A stretch of DNA of 64,000 nt, from positions 128,887 to 192,886 of the forward strand of contig NIVC01000177.1 in the NCBI GenBank assembly GCA_002269645.1, read 5' to 3'. Made by a program: the position numbers and the translations under genes. Below the pieces are notes generated by a model. The model had not been told where the DNA came from. It did not search any database and was given only the letters and a program-made list of their open reading frames with translations. Source of the DNA: Macrostomum lignano (Eukaryota). Positions 10,656 through 22,842 of this stretch are shown here, one piece after another. Numbering within the stretch: position 1 is the stretch's first letter; each line of letters opens with the position of its first letter.

Positions 10656-13600
10656 GTACCGCCGCGCGGCGCCAACGGCTCGGGCGTGGGCGCCTGAGTA
10701 GAAGCCAACAGACCGGGCAGGAAATCCTTAGCCAAAAAGAAGCCGCGCCGTTGAAACTTAGACGTGAGCCGGTTGAGACTGAGATCGGGCAGCAGGCTGG
10801 TCTCGAACTCCTGCAGCTGGTCGGACAGGAATAGGCGGAGCAGCTGAGACTGGCGCAGCAGCGGCTTGGCCAGCAGGGCGCGCAGGAAGCTCTCCAGCTC
10901 GGCCCGCTTCCCGGCTAGGAACTCCCTGCTTGAGCTGCCAATCAGCCGCTTCGACTGCAGCGGCAGGTCGCCGAGAGCGGCGCCGTGAAATTCACGAAGC
11001 TTCTCCTCCAGCACGTAGAATTCCGAATACTTTCTGTACACCTTCCAGCTGTCGCCGCCGTTCTCTGCCGGGCAGCTAACGTGGATGACGTATTTCATCA
11101 CTCCGCTGGACAGCTGGCCGTCGTCGGCCGAATTCTCGCCGAGGCCGGTGACCGTCACGCGCCAGTTGGCCATGTCGCTTTGTCGACGCTGCTGCTGTTG
11201 TTGCTGCCGTTGACGAGAGCTGGCGGACAGAACCGAGGATGGCGGGCGGGTCAGCTGGTCGGCTAGAGAGGCGGCTTCCGGATACTCGGACGCGATGGTT
11301 GCCGGGTCGTTGCTAGGCAACATTGCCGCACCGCCAAGCGTAGAGTCCTCCAGTGCCTCCTCAGCTGGCAGCAAAGGAGGCAGCGACGAAGGGTGCTGGG
11401 CGGTGCGGACGGCCTGGCCGTCAACTATGGCCGACTGCTGCTGGCGGAAGAATCGAGACCGGCCTTGACGCTGCGGCGGCGCCAGGGAGCTGGCGAGTGT
11501 GAAAGAATAGACGATGGCTTTCAGCGGCTTGAACAGACTGTTGGGCTGCTGATGAGGGATCGATCAGGAGGGTAGGTAGGGAGCCTACTGAGGGATCGAT
11601 CAGGGGGGTAGGTAGGGAGGCTACTGAGGGACCGATCAGGGGGGTAGGTAGGCTACTGAGGGACTGATCAGGGGGTAGGGAGGCTACTGAGGGACTGATC
11701 AGGGGGGTAGGGAGGCTACTGAGGGACTGATCAGGGGGGTAGGGAGGCTACTGAGGGACCGATCAGGGGGGTAGGGAGGCTACTGAGGGACTGATCAGGG
11801 GGTAGGTAGGCTACTGAGGGACTGATCAGGGGGTAGGGAGGCTACTGAGGGACCGATCAGGGGGGTAGGGAGGTAGGGAGGTAGGGAGGCTACTGAGGGA
11901 CCGATCAGGAGGGTAGGGAGGTAGGGAGGCTACTGAGGGACCGATCAGGGGGTAGGGAGGCTACTGAGGGACCGATCAGGGGGGTAGGGAGGTAGGGAGG
12001 TAGGGAGGCTACTGAGGGACCGATCAGGAGGGTAGGGAGGTAGGGAGGTAGAGAGGCTACTGAGGGACCGATCAGGGGGGTAGGTAGGCTACTGAGGGAC
12101 TGATCAGGGGGGTAGGGAGGCTACTGAGGGACTGATCAGGGGGGTAGGGAGGCTACTGAGGGACTGATCAGGGGGGTAGGGAGGCTACTGAGGGACTGAT
12201 CAGGGGGTAGGGAGGCTACTGAGGGACTGATCAGGGGGGTAGGGAGGCTACTGAGGGACCGATCAGGGGGTAGGTAGGCTACTGAGGGACTGATCAGGGG
12301 GGTAGGGAGGCTACTGAGGGACTGGTTAGGGAAGTGCAGCAATGCAGACTTCGGATGGCACACAAAAACATAAATTTAAACAGGATACGAGCTTACTAAC
12401 AAAGAAACGAAAAAACCAGTTCAACGTAGGTACAAATCATTTGAATCGAGGTAGAACCAATTAAAATTATTGGTCCAATGAGGGACCACCAGTCAGTTAA
12501 AGAAAAACACTATTTAAAAATTGTTGAGATAAGATATTAAAAATGCTGGACTAAAAGACCTCAACAAAGGGTGTAAAAGAACGACACCGCCTTACCAGCA
12601 GGACAAATACGGTACATGCAAACTGAGTAACTTGATTCAAGGCTAAAGCTGCAGTCTCCTCTCACCCAGCTGAGCCTTCATCATCCGACAGGGCGCTCTT
12701 GGCCGCCGCCTCTGCGGTGGCGGCAGCGGCCGCTTTGGTCCGCTCCCACCACCAGGATAGGGTGGATGCGGCGGCGGCGGCGGTTGCCATGGGGTTGCTA
12801 TGCCTTTTATTTTATATCAATAGTTAATAGCATATTAATGAATAGGTTAATCAGTTATAAGGAGTGTTTTAAAAAGACCACCTGCTATTAAGAGTTAGAG
12901 GTTAGTCAGGGGGCTGTGTGCACCGCGGCGCACTTTAAGCGACATTGAGAGGCATTACTGCCCATTCCGCCGACTCCCCTGAGCAGGCACACAATCGCGC
13001 GGATACGTACGCAGTCATACGCACAGGCACACACTCACACAGGAGTGTACAGCGGCCCTAACTTTATTTTATCGTTAGGCATGCACACTTCACTGTGTCA
13101 TGGGGGTTGGCCCTCAATGGCGTTAATTGCACGAGCAGAGCCAAGCCGAGATTCCAATTTAACTCCAAATTAATGTGACTGCACTTGGAATCGAGCCTGG
13201 GCCGCTGGCACATCAGAGCGCCGCGCTAGACCACTGGGCTACGGCCGGCCCCCCCTGCTATTAAGAGCAGCAAACACTCAAATAAGTTCAGAACTGGATC
13301 AATTTTCAATTGAGAGCTTAAAACTGAAAATTACCTGTCTCGCTAATTCGGCCTTCTGTTGAGTGCTGCGACAGTGACCCTTAACATTATATACTATATA
13401 GTAAAGCTTCACAACATTTAGATAATAAAAAACAAGGGCTTCAGTACTACTAAAATATATATTATAAAATCTCTAAGCTTAGCGCAAGTGGATAAAATAT
13501 GAAATTTCGAGCTTTTAATAATTGCATTTGCATCACATTAAGTCGGCGCCTTGCTTACTTGGCTTTAGCCGAACCTTGACCGCTGTCCCTGGAGCCCGAC

Positions 13601-16600
13601 TCCTCCAGCACAACCAGCTTCATGTAGCAGTCGCTATTGGCGAAGGCTGGCAGGTAGTGAGTCTCCAGAAAGTTGCACACCCGCTCGTGAGCTCTGCAAT
13701 GGCGGGGAAAGAAAGATGTTGATATTTATATTATACGAGCGTAACTGTGTTGCAAGCCTCTTGCTTCACAATGCTCGGGAATTGACCAACTGTGCTCATA
13801 GCTGACCTTAGCAGTGACCAACTGTGCTCATAGCTGACCTTAACAGTGTTCAACTGTGCTCATAGCTTGCCTTAACAGTGACCAGCTGTGCTCATAGCTT
13901 GCCTTAACAGTGACTAACTGTGCTCATAGCTGGCTTTAACAGTGACCAACTGTGCTCAAATTTGGCTTTAACAGTGACCAACTGTGCTCAAATTTGGCTT
14001 TAACAGTGTTCAACTGTGCTCATAGCTTGCCTTAATAGTGACCAGCTGTGCTCATAGCTTGCCTTAACAGTAACTAACTGTGCTCATAGCTGGCTTTAAC
14101 AGTGACCAACTGTGCTCAAATTTGGCTTTAACAGTGGCCAACTTTTTCCAACTCAAATTAAGAAAAAAATCACTTTTCAAACTCACATGAACCAAGCTGA
14201 GCTAGTCCGAAGGTTGGGCACGGAACTGGCGCCATCTTTGACAACTGGATAATAAAATACAGGGTAAATTTATTACACCCCTAATTTAAGGAGAGAGCAG
14301 GTAAAAAGATAAAACCGGCTCACCATTTCGCAGGCAGTTCATAAACTCATCTGGAAGCTGCAGAGCCGCTATGATGTCCTTGTTGTGATGCAGAAGCGAC
14401 TCGTAGATTCGCTCAATGTCCGAGTAGATTCTCTGACAGGTGTTGTCGCGAATCTCAGCCGCCACCAGGTCTTTGTTGATCATCTCTGCGGAGAATGGCG
14501 ATTCAATTGGAGAAGTTACAAGCCAAATCATTGAGAAAAGATTCTCCAGACTGAGGTAATTCTCTAGCAATGTAAGAGGCGATTCCCCAGACTCATAAGG
14601 GATTCCCAGACTGAGATGGATTCCCCCGACTCAGAGGTGATTCTCCCAACTAAGAGGGGATTCCCCCGACTCAGAGGTGATTCTCCCAACTAAGAGGGGA
14701 TTCCCCCGACTAAGAGGTGATTCTCCCAACTAAGAGGGGATTCCCCCGACTAAGAGGTGATTCTCCCAACTAATAGGGGATTCCCCCGACTAAGAGGGGA
14801 TTCCCCAGACTCATAAGGGATTCCCAGACTGAGATGGATTCCCCCGACTCAGAGGTGATTCTCCCAACTAAGAGGGGATTCCCCCGACTCAGAGGTGATT
14901 CTCCCAACTAAGAGGGGATTCCCCCGACTAAGAGGGGATTCCCGCAGACAGAGCTAATTCCCCAGCAGCGCAACAGGCGATTCCCAAGCAGTGTGAAAGC
15001 AATTCCTTTGCGGTATAAGAATTCTCCAGTTTGAAAAGCGATTTACTAGTTTAACAGACAAAAAATGAAAAGGAGGTACAGAAGGCAAGCCAGCCGGCCC
15101 CTCACCCAGATCGCCGTAGAAAATCATCAGCTCCAGACTGTCGCACAATTTCATAAAATCGATGAAAGCCTGCCGAAGGCCGTGATGCTCGTACACGCTG
15201 CCAATATTGCTGGGAGGCTGCAGGCCCTGCTGCGGCTGCTGCTGCTGCTGTTGCCATTCGGCTTTGCTGGCAGCCATAGCCATCTCCGTGTACCGGTGCA
15301 GCACAGGCACCCTGGCGACTGGCTGGCCGCTCGGCTGCGGCAGCGGGAAATCGTCCAGCGCCTCCAGGATCAACCGGTTGACGGTGTGCGGATTTGCTAG
15401 CGAGTCCAGCGCCGGCATCAGCACGGCGACGGTCAGGATCTCCGTTAGTAGCATCTCTAGGCTCCTGGGGACGATTCATTGGGTTTGTTGTGATGAGCTG
15501 TTGTGGGGATGTTGTTTGTTGTGGGGATACGGGATTCTGTAGGATTATGGGAAAATAGGATATGGGATTTATAAGATTATTGGAAAATAGGATATGGGAT
15601 TCTGTAGGATTATGAGAAGAGGGGATAAGGGATTCTGTAGGATTATGGGAAGCGGGGATATGGGATTCTGTAGGAATATGGGAAGCGGGGATATTGGATT
15701 CTGTAGGATAATGGGAAGCGGGGATATTGGATTCTGTAGGATAATGGGAAGCGGGTATATGGGATATTCTAGGATTATGGGAAAAGGGGTTATGGGATTC
15801 TGTTGGGAAACGGGAATATGGGATTCTGTAGGATTATGGGAAGAAGAGATACGGGATTCTGTAGGATTATAAGGAGCGGGGATATGACTCTAGGATTATA
15901 GGAAGAGATATGGGAAATGGGATCTCAAATCATAATTTTCAGCTGAAAGCGGGAAAACAGGGTTATTATTGAAATTGCTGACTGGGCTGGATATGTGAAA
16001 CAATCAATGCTTACTTGGAGCCCTTGGCCGTGGGGTGAAGCAGATGCGGCAGTACCTTGGACACAAGGCCTTTCACATAGTCATATTCTGCGGTCCGATC
16101 CTTCATGGCCACGTGCAGGTGGCCTCGCATGTTGCGCAGCATCAGCGACTCAAAGTTGGATGTGGAGCCCAGGTTGCCTGCGGATGGCGGGGTGCGGTGT
16201 CAGTCCTTGCCAGATCCAAATTGTCAAATTTCAAATTCGGGAACGGTTCCGGAGAATTTCGGGAACGGTTCCAGTGATTTTCGGGAACGGTTCCAGTGAT
16301 TTCGGGAACGGTTCCAGTGATTTCGGGAACGGTTCCAGTGATTTTCGGGAACGGTTCCAGTGATTTCGGGAACGGTTCCAGTGATTTCGGGAACGGTTCC
16401 AATCATTTTCGGGAAAGGTTCCAGTGATTTTCGGGAACGGTTCCAGTGATTTTCGGGAACGGTTACAGTGATTTTCGGGAAAGGTTCCAGTGATTTTCGG
16501 GAACTGTTCCAATGATTTTTGGGAACTGTTCCACTCATTTTCGGGAACGGTTCCAGTGATTCTCGGGAACGGTTCCAGTGATTTTCGGGAACGGTTCCAA

Positions 16601-19600
16601 TGATTTTCGGGAAAGGTTCCAGTGATTTTCGGGAACGGTTCCAATGATTTTCGGGAACGGTTTCAATGATTTCGGGAACGGTTCCAATGATTTTCGGGAA
16701 CGGTTCCAGTGATTTTCGGGAACGGTTCCAGTGATTTTCGGGAACGGTTCCAATGATTTTCGGGAAAGGTTCCAGTGATTTTCGGGAAAGGTTCCAATGA
16801 TTTTTGGGAACTGTTCCACTCATTTTCGGGAACGGTTTCAGTGATTTTGGGAACGGTTCCAATGATTTTCGGGAACGGTTTCAGTGATTTTCGGGAACGG
16901 TTCCAATGATTTTCGGGAAAGGTTCCAATCATTTTCGGGAACGGGTCCAATGATTTTCGGGAATTGTTCCAATCATTTTCGGGAAAGGTTCCAATGATTT
17001 TCGGGAACGGTTCCAATTATTTTCGGGAAAGGTTCCAGTGATTTTCGGGAACGGTTCCAAAGATTTTCGGGAACGGTTTCAATGATTTCGGGAACGGTTC
17101 CAATGATTTTCGGGAACTGTTCCAATGATTTTTGGGAACGGTTCCAATCATTTTGGGGAAAGATTCCAGTGATTTTCGGGAACGGTTCCAATGATTTCGG
17201 GAACGGTTCCAATGATTTTCGGGAACTGTTCCAATGATTTTTGGGAACGGTTCCAATCATTTTGGGGAAAGATTCCAGTGATTTTCGGGAACGGTTCCAA
17301 TGATTTTCGGGAACGGTTTCAATGATTTTCGGGAACGGTTCCAATGATTTTTGGGAACGGTTCCAATGATTTTCGGGAAAGGTTCCAGTGATTTTCGGGA
17401 ACGGTTCCAATGATTTTCGGGAAAGGTTTCAGTGATTTTCGGGAACGGTTCCAATGATTTTCGGGAACGGTTCCAATGATTTTCGGGAACGGTTCCAGTG
17501 ATTTTCGGGAACGGTTCCAGTGATTTTCGGGAACGGTTCCAGTGATTTCGGGAACGGTTCCAGTGATTTTCGGGAACGGTTCCAGTGATTTCGGGAACGG
17601 TTCCAATCATTTTCGGGAAAGGTTCCAGTGATTTTCGGGAACGGTTAGTGATTTTCGGGAAAGGTTCCAGTGATTTTCGGGAACTGTTCCAATGATTTTC
17701 GGGAACGGTTCCAGTGATTCTCGGGAACGGTTCCAGTGATTCTCGGGAACGGTTCCAGTGATTTTCGGGAACGGTTCCAATGATTTTCGGGAAAGGTTCC
17801 AGTGATTTTCGGGAACGGTTCCAAACATTTTCGGGAACGGTTTCAATTATTTCGGGAACGGTTCCAATGATTTTCGGGAACGGTTCCAGTGATTTTCGGG
17901 AACGGTTCCAGTGATTTTCGGGAACGGTTCCAATGATTTTTGGGAACGGTTCCAATCATTTTGGGGAAAGATTCCAGTGATTTTCGGGAACGGTTCCAAT
18001 GATTTTCGGGAACGGTTTCAATGATTTTCGGGAAAGGTTCCAATCATTTTCGGGAACGGTTCCAATGATTTTCGGGAACGGTTCCAATGATTTTCGGGAA
18101 CGGTTCCAATGATTTTCGGGAACGGTTCCAATGATTTTCGGGAACTGTTCCAATGATTTTCGGGAACTGTTCCAATGATTTTTGGGAACGGTTCCAATCA
18201 TTTTGGGGAAAGATTCCAGTGATTTTCGGGAACGGTTCTAATGATTTTCGGGAACGGTTCCAATGATTTTCGGGAACGGTTTCAATGATTTTCGGGAACT
18301 GTTCCAATGATTTTCGGGAAAGGTTCCAGTGATTTTCGGGAACGGTTCCAGTGATTTTCGGGATTATTAATAGACAACAAACCTCTGCGAAGCACATCGT
18401 TGCACACCTGGTAGTGCGCCACGGCTCCCGGTATCACCTGGTCTTCAACAAACTGGCCGATATCGCACTGAAAATCAAGTGAATTTCTGAAATTTAAGAC
18501 TTGAAAATGAAACATTATTATTGGTATAGCAATAAGTTTATTAAATCAACATACCCGAGAGCACCGATGCAGCAGTGCAGAGACGGCGTACTTCAGGTGC
18601 AAACGAACATCATTTACGAAATCTTCGCGAGAGCTAATCTCTCTGGAACATTTTAAACAAGATTTATATAATATTTTACTTGTCAGTACACAGATACTAA
18701 AATAACTAGATGGGCCACTCAGGCATATATGAGACACCACAAAAGGTGTTGGTCGATACTGACAGCAGGACGGTGGCCATGGAATACACTTAGTAAAACA
18801 GCTTTCTACTTTCAGTTCAGTAGCAAAGAAGAATACATAAGCTATTTTATAAAAATAAAGCCAGCTGAAACGACTTTGATAAGTTTAGAAGCCCAAGCTT
18901 GCAGGCGTAAATAGCTTGCTAATTGGCTCAGCAATAATGTACATTGGCCAGTCCACTGAAATGTACATGGCAGCTTTAGGCTGGAATTCCGAGAAAGGCA
19001 ATAAAGATTGGGGCGGGGTGGGGGTAGTGTGGAAAGGCGCGGTTGGAGGGTTTAAGCTGGGGGTAAGAGCCAATAAATGAGCCTTGGCTTTAAAAATACA
19101 TTAAAATGCTTCTGTTTAACTTACTACTGAACTGAAAGTAGCTTGCACGCAAATGTGCTGAGTGGCCCATCTGGTTATTCTAGTATCTGTGGTTAGTACT
19201 CAGTTTGAAGGCTCAATACAATAATATTTAACTCACTTATACCAACAGAGAATGTATCTGTCTATCACGAGCTCAAAAAACTGTAAATGAAAAGATGTAA
19301 TAAACAAATAATAAAGCTTCATTTGCTAGACTTTATGATACTTAATTGGGTGTGCAAGCTGAGTAAAACAGAGGCTGAACTCACCTCGAACAAAGCGTCG
19401 CTGACTGGCTCGTCAACAGTAAAGTTGATGTTCAAATAGGGCGGAAACGAGCTGGTCGATGCACTTCTGAAGTCAATCGAATAGTTACAGTAATAAAATA
19501 CAAACTGCATCATTGTAAAGTAGAGTTCCATGTCCGTAGCTAATTAATTTCCCGAAAATTTCCAAAAGTATTAATAAGCAATCCAATGGCAAGACTTCTT

Positions 19601-20185
19601 TTATTCTTTTACTATAATAAAGTGATGAAGTAAAGAGTGACAGCAATAGTTTAACCTAACACTCATTAACATCTAATTTATTAATGGTACAAGAAAAATG
19701 GCTAGGATTGCATTTATCTTAACTTCAGCCCCCCACCACCCATCTACACAATGTGCCACATATAAAAAACATCTATATTCATAACTTCCCATAGCCACAT
19801 CTATTACAGTGGAACTCTATTGTAAAGCTGTTTTCATCATCAAAGCTGCTTACTTACCTTGGCCTATAGCAGTTAGAATTTCCACAGACTGTGCAATGTG
19901 GCTCTGCAGAGCAGCTTACTGACTCACTTGATTCTGAGCTATTGTCTTCATAGCGAATCCAGTTTGTCTTACTAGAAATTGAATAGTTAAATAAAAATTC
20001 AAAGATTTACAAAATGTATGTTTGAAAACAATGAAATACTTAAATGCAAATTTACTCACTCAGTCAGATACCAAATGACTGCCAGGCCAATCAAAAATGA
20101 TGACACATAGAGTAGAAGATAGAGCAGAATTGAAAACATTCTAAGCCCCAACTCTTGATAGCTGCTTGTTTGTATTTTCAATTGT
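8973..20185 (-). CDS. SNX14: Sorting nexin-14 (TM-PXA-RGS-PX-PXC), 16 exons, ~1020 aa; first exon or start codon uncertain
   Basis: Exons (minus): 20185-20060, 19971-19858, 19466-19385, 19280-19237, 18642-18555, 18467-18383, 16177-16015, 15464-15106, 14485-14324, 14244-14187, 13693-13559, 12797-12666, 11537-10601, 9929-9605, 9501-9397, 9130-8973; all GT-AG and phase-consistent. Motifs: CTVCGNSNCYRPR, LHVAMKDRTAEYDY (PXA), AHERVCNFLETHYLPAF (RGS), VYRKYSEFYVLEEKLREFHG (PX), LLQYPRVNKQLLFTLVDPLLLRLFPEL (PXC). Possible ATG at 20139. Confidence 0.92.
9960..10450. repeat. Degenerate G/T-rich ~21-23-bp repeat (GGTTGGAGGCGATTTTTATTGTG) in SNX14 intron
   Basis: Read directly. Confidence 0.9.
11550..12326. 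repeat. ~30-bp G-rich minisatellite (GGGAGGCTACTGAGGGACTGATCAGGGGGTA) in SNX14 intron
   Basis: Read directly; has GGGAGGTA sub-repeat insertions. Confidence 0.95.
12905..13255 (-). mobile_element. tRNA-derived SINE, apparently full length (tRNA-Glu-like head plus ~280-bp body)
   Basis: Minus strand reads GGCCGTAGCCCAGTGGTCTAGCGCGGCGCTCTGATGTGCCAGCGGCCCAGGCTCGATTCC (A box 13241-13231, B box 13197-13187); the body matches 43640-43853. Confidence 0.8.
13783..14143. repeat. 32-bp minisatellite (CAGTGACCAACTGTGCTCATAGCTGGCTTTAA), ~11 copies
   Basis: TGACCAAC at 13783 and 13815, and onward. Confidence 0.95.
14575..14945. repeat. 20-bp minisatellite forming a 40-bp dimer (GATTCCCCCGACTCAGAGGT/GATTCTCCCAACTAAGAGGG)
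   Basis: Read directly. Confidence 0.92.
15525..15915. repeat. ~33-bp degenerate repeat (GGGATTCTGTAGGATTATGGGAAGCGGGGATAT)
   Basis: Read directly. Confidence 0.9.
16236..18363. repeat. 22-bp satellite GATTTTCGGGAACGGTTCCAGT (21-bp variants), ~95 copies, filling one SNX14 intron
   Basis: The array occupies nearly all of intron 16178-18382. Confidence 0.98.
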
Positions 20186-22842
20186 CTGCATGAAAATCCA
20201 TAAACAATTAAGATGTAAGCATGGTTTATAAATTAATAAATGCCTATAAATAAATATATGTTAAAGATTATGTTAAAATAAAAAATGCATATGAAATATT
20301 ATTATTAAATAAATTAATCAATACAATTCTTATTAAGAAAAAGTTCTTAAAATTAGGCCTACTATTCTAAAAATATATTATCCAATAAATATTTCTAAAC
20401 ATAATATCTTCTTCTACCTTTATTATTACAATTACATTCAAAAGCATTCTAGAAAGTTTGAAATTTTTTTAAATGGTATAAAGCTAATAATGTAAGAGAA
20501 AAAATATTTGGTACTATATTCATGATTATTAAAAATCAAGCCATAGGCCGACCCATTTTTATTATTGTTATAAATAATTACTATAGCTATAATCTATTAT
20601 AACAACTGGTAAAAATACCAATGATAGCTACAAATATGCTTATAAGAAAAACTATATATACAAATATGCTTATATATATAGCTAGGCCTAAGCCCTATAC
20701 TAAACAAATATAACCTGTGGTTATACAGAATCATACTACTAGCTACATAACTTAGTTTTGACTAAAATATATAACTTATTATCTTTGTAACTTACCTAAA
20801 AACAAAGTAATAATCTTTTGTTATCAAATTTTTATCAAAAAATATCAAACTGTCTATAAAGTCATAAATTCTATTTGGTACCATTGGCTTTAGTCTATGC
20901 CTACTGCAGCTTACTCTATCTAGAAAGATTAGCTGTGATTTCAAAAGAAGCCATAGTTTTTCATATGGCCTAATAATAAAGGCTAAAGATATGCTCTAGC
21001 TCCACAACATTAAAAAGTCACCACTCTTTGCCCCAGTGAACAATATCTTTTGACTAGCCTCTCTTACATGGCCAAGCATTTTGATCTATTTAAAAATGCT
21101 TGAAAAAACAATGAAAACTGGGTGGAAGCTTCAATCCATCCAATATTCACCCTCCACTCTTCCCAATCTCTTGCCACCTAGCCCAACTCTACTCTGTGTT
21201 GTGTGGCGCATGTTTTGTCACTCAAAAGACGATACTGAGCTAGAATACTGCGTGTGCACACTCTTAAAGGTGGCGACCCTTAAATATATAATATAGTATA
21301 TAAAGATCCTATTTATGATAAAAATATTAAATAGACCTATATATTATTCGGCCTACTTTGTAATAAACATTCAAGATTCAAGATTAGATTCAAGGTCTCA
21401 AATTGAAAATTCACAAAATAGTATTTAACATATACCACTATCAATGGAACTGGGCTCTTCAGTTTTTAGTCATGTCAATCCATTACCATTTTTTCGTCTA
21501 GACGTCTAAACGTCTAGCCACAGCCTACAGACATGAGACATACAACCTACTACAGCATAATAATATATACTGTTTCTAATAAAATTATTCAAAACATGGC
21601 TTTAAACTTCGCTTAATTACGTTACAACAAAAGCCTTAAGAAGTGTATGCTTATATTTTATTCAAAAACTTTACTACTACTAGTCTTGAGGTTGAATTAA
21701 GATGATTTATGTCTATTGGATCGAAATCTAAAGTAGTTCAATATCACCGCCTCATTTGAACGATTTTTTTGTTTTGTTTTAAATTAGCGTTATTAAGTAC
21801 TGCATGTCATACAACAGCAACAACAGTGACAACCATAAAATTACGCTGTCGCTTAAAATAGAGGAGCTGTCAAGAAGCGTCACAGCTGATGGAGCGACTC
21901 AGGGGCCTGACATGGACGTAGTCGGCGCCGCCGACCCATTCCGGGGCGCCAGCCTGTCAGTATCCAAGTCTCGGCGTTTTATTTTAAGCAGGACTGTCTC
22001 AACCATGCCTGGATCAACAACGCCGCCCTCTGGCGCTAGGTAGTTCGGACTGCGCAAGAATGCCCTACATTCGCTGCATATAGTCAAATTAAAAGGTGTT
22101 GCAATGTTTCTTTCCTTCGCCTACAACCAAAACAGACAATTTTGACCTTTCGTCCTAATTCCGTTCAAATTTGCACTCACAACAAAATAAAATTGACTAA
22201 AACAGAACAGAACTCCTGGCAAATTATTAAATTGTTTTTTTCCATATTTCTCTTTTACTTACATAAAGAACTTCTGCGATATACTACCACAGATAGAAAA
22301 TAATCTAATAGAATAAAGCTTGTAAACACGATGCTTGACAAGAACTGTTTATCTATGTATATAGGTTCGCCATTAGAAAAATTGCAAAAATACTGTTAGT
22401 TAAACTCTGGTTGAAGAATACCAGTCAAAATAAATAGATCATAATACACGAAGTCAACTGTATAATATAAAGGTAAAAATACTAATGTATATACATTATG
22501 CTAATTAATTTGTTGACCAAAATCGAAGAAAATGGGTGAAAGCCGAAATACTAGATGAACATCTGACATGTACGCTCGTATTAATGACTTCTAGCCAAAA
22601 TAGGGGTACATGTACATCTATAGCTTTTGCGCGAGTGAGTGTACGTATACTAAGATAATTTCTCTATCCCGTTCTTCACGCTAATTGGCCAAGATTTTGT
22701 TCCGATAGAATTGTATGGGGTGGTGCGGCGCAGAATATAATGAATTGTTGCCAGAGTCGACTATTCTTTCATTCATGGCTAGCCAGTTTATTAGTGCATC
22801 GAAATAAAACAGTCGTCGAGAAATCATTCGCGTGCACCAAAA

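Noticed and set aside
13335-13379. 45-nt candidate extra SNX14 exon (GSLSQHSTEGRISET)
   Set aside because: In the phase-2 context of the flanking exons it contains a stop; it is open only in phase 1. Left unresolved pending RNA-seq.
16142-18515. Many ORFs of the EPFPKIIGTVPENHWNRSRK type
   Set aside because: Translations of the 22-bp satellite lying inside a phase-consistent SNX14 intron.
19904-19927. Apparent 24-nt GT-AG mini-intron in SNX14
   Set aside because: It reads through in frame without a stop (SESVSCSAE), so a continuous exon is simpler.
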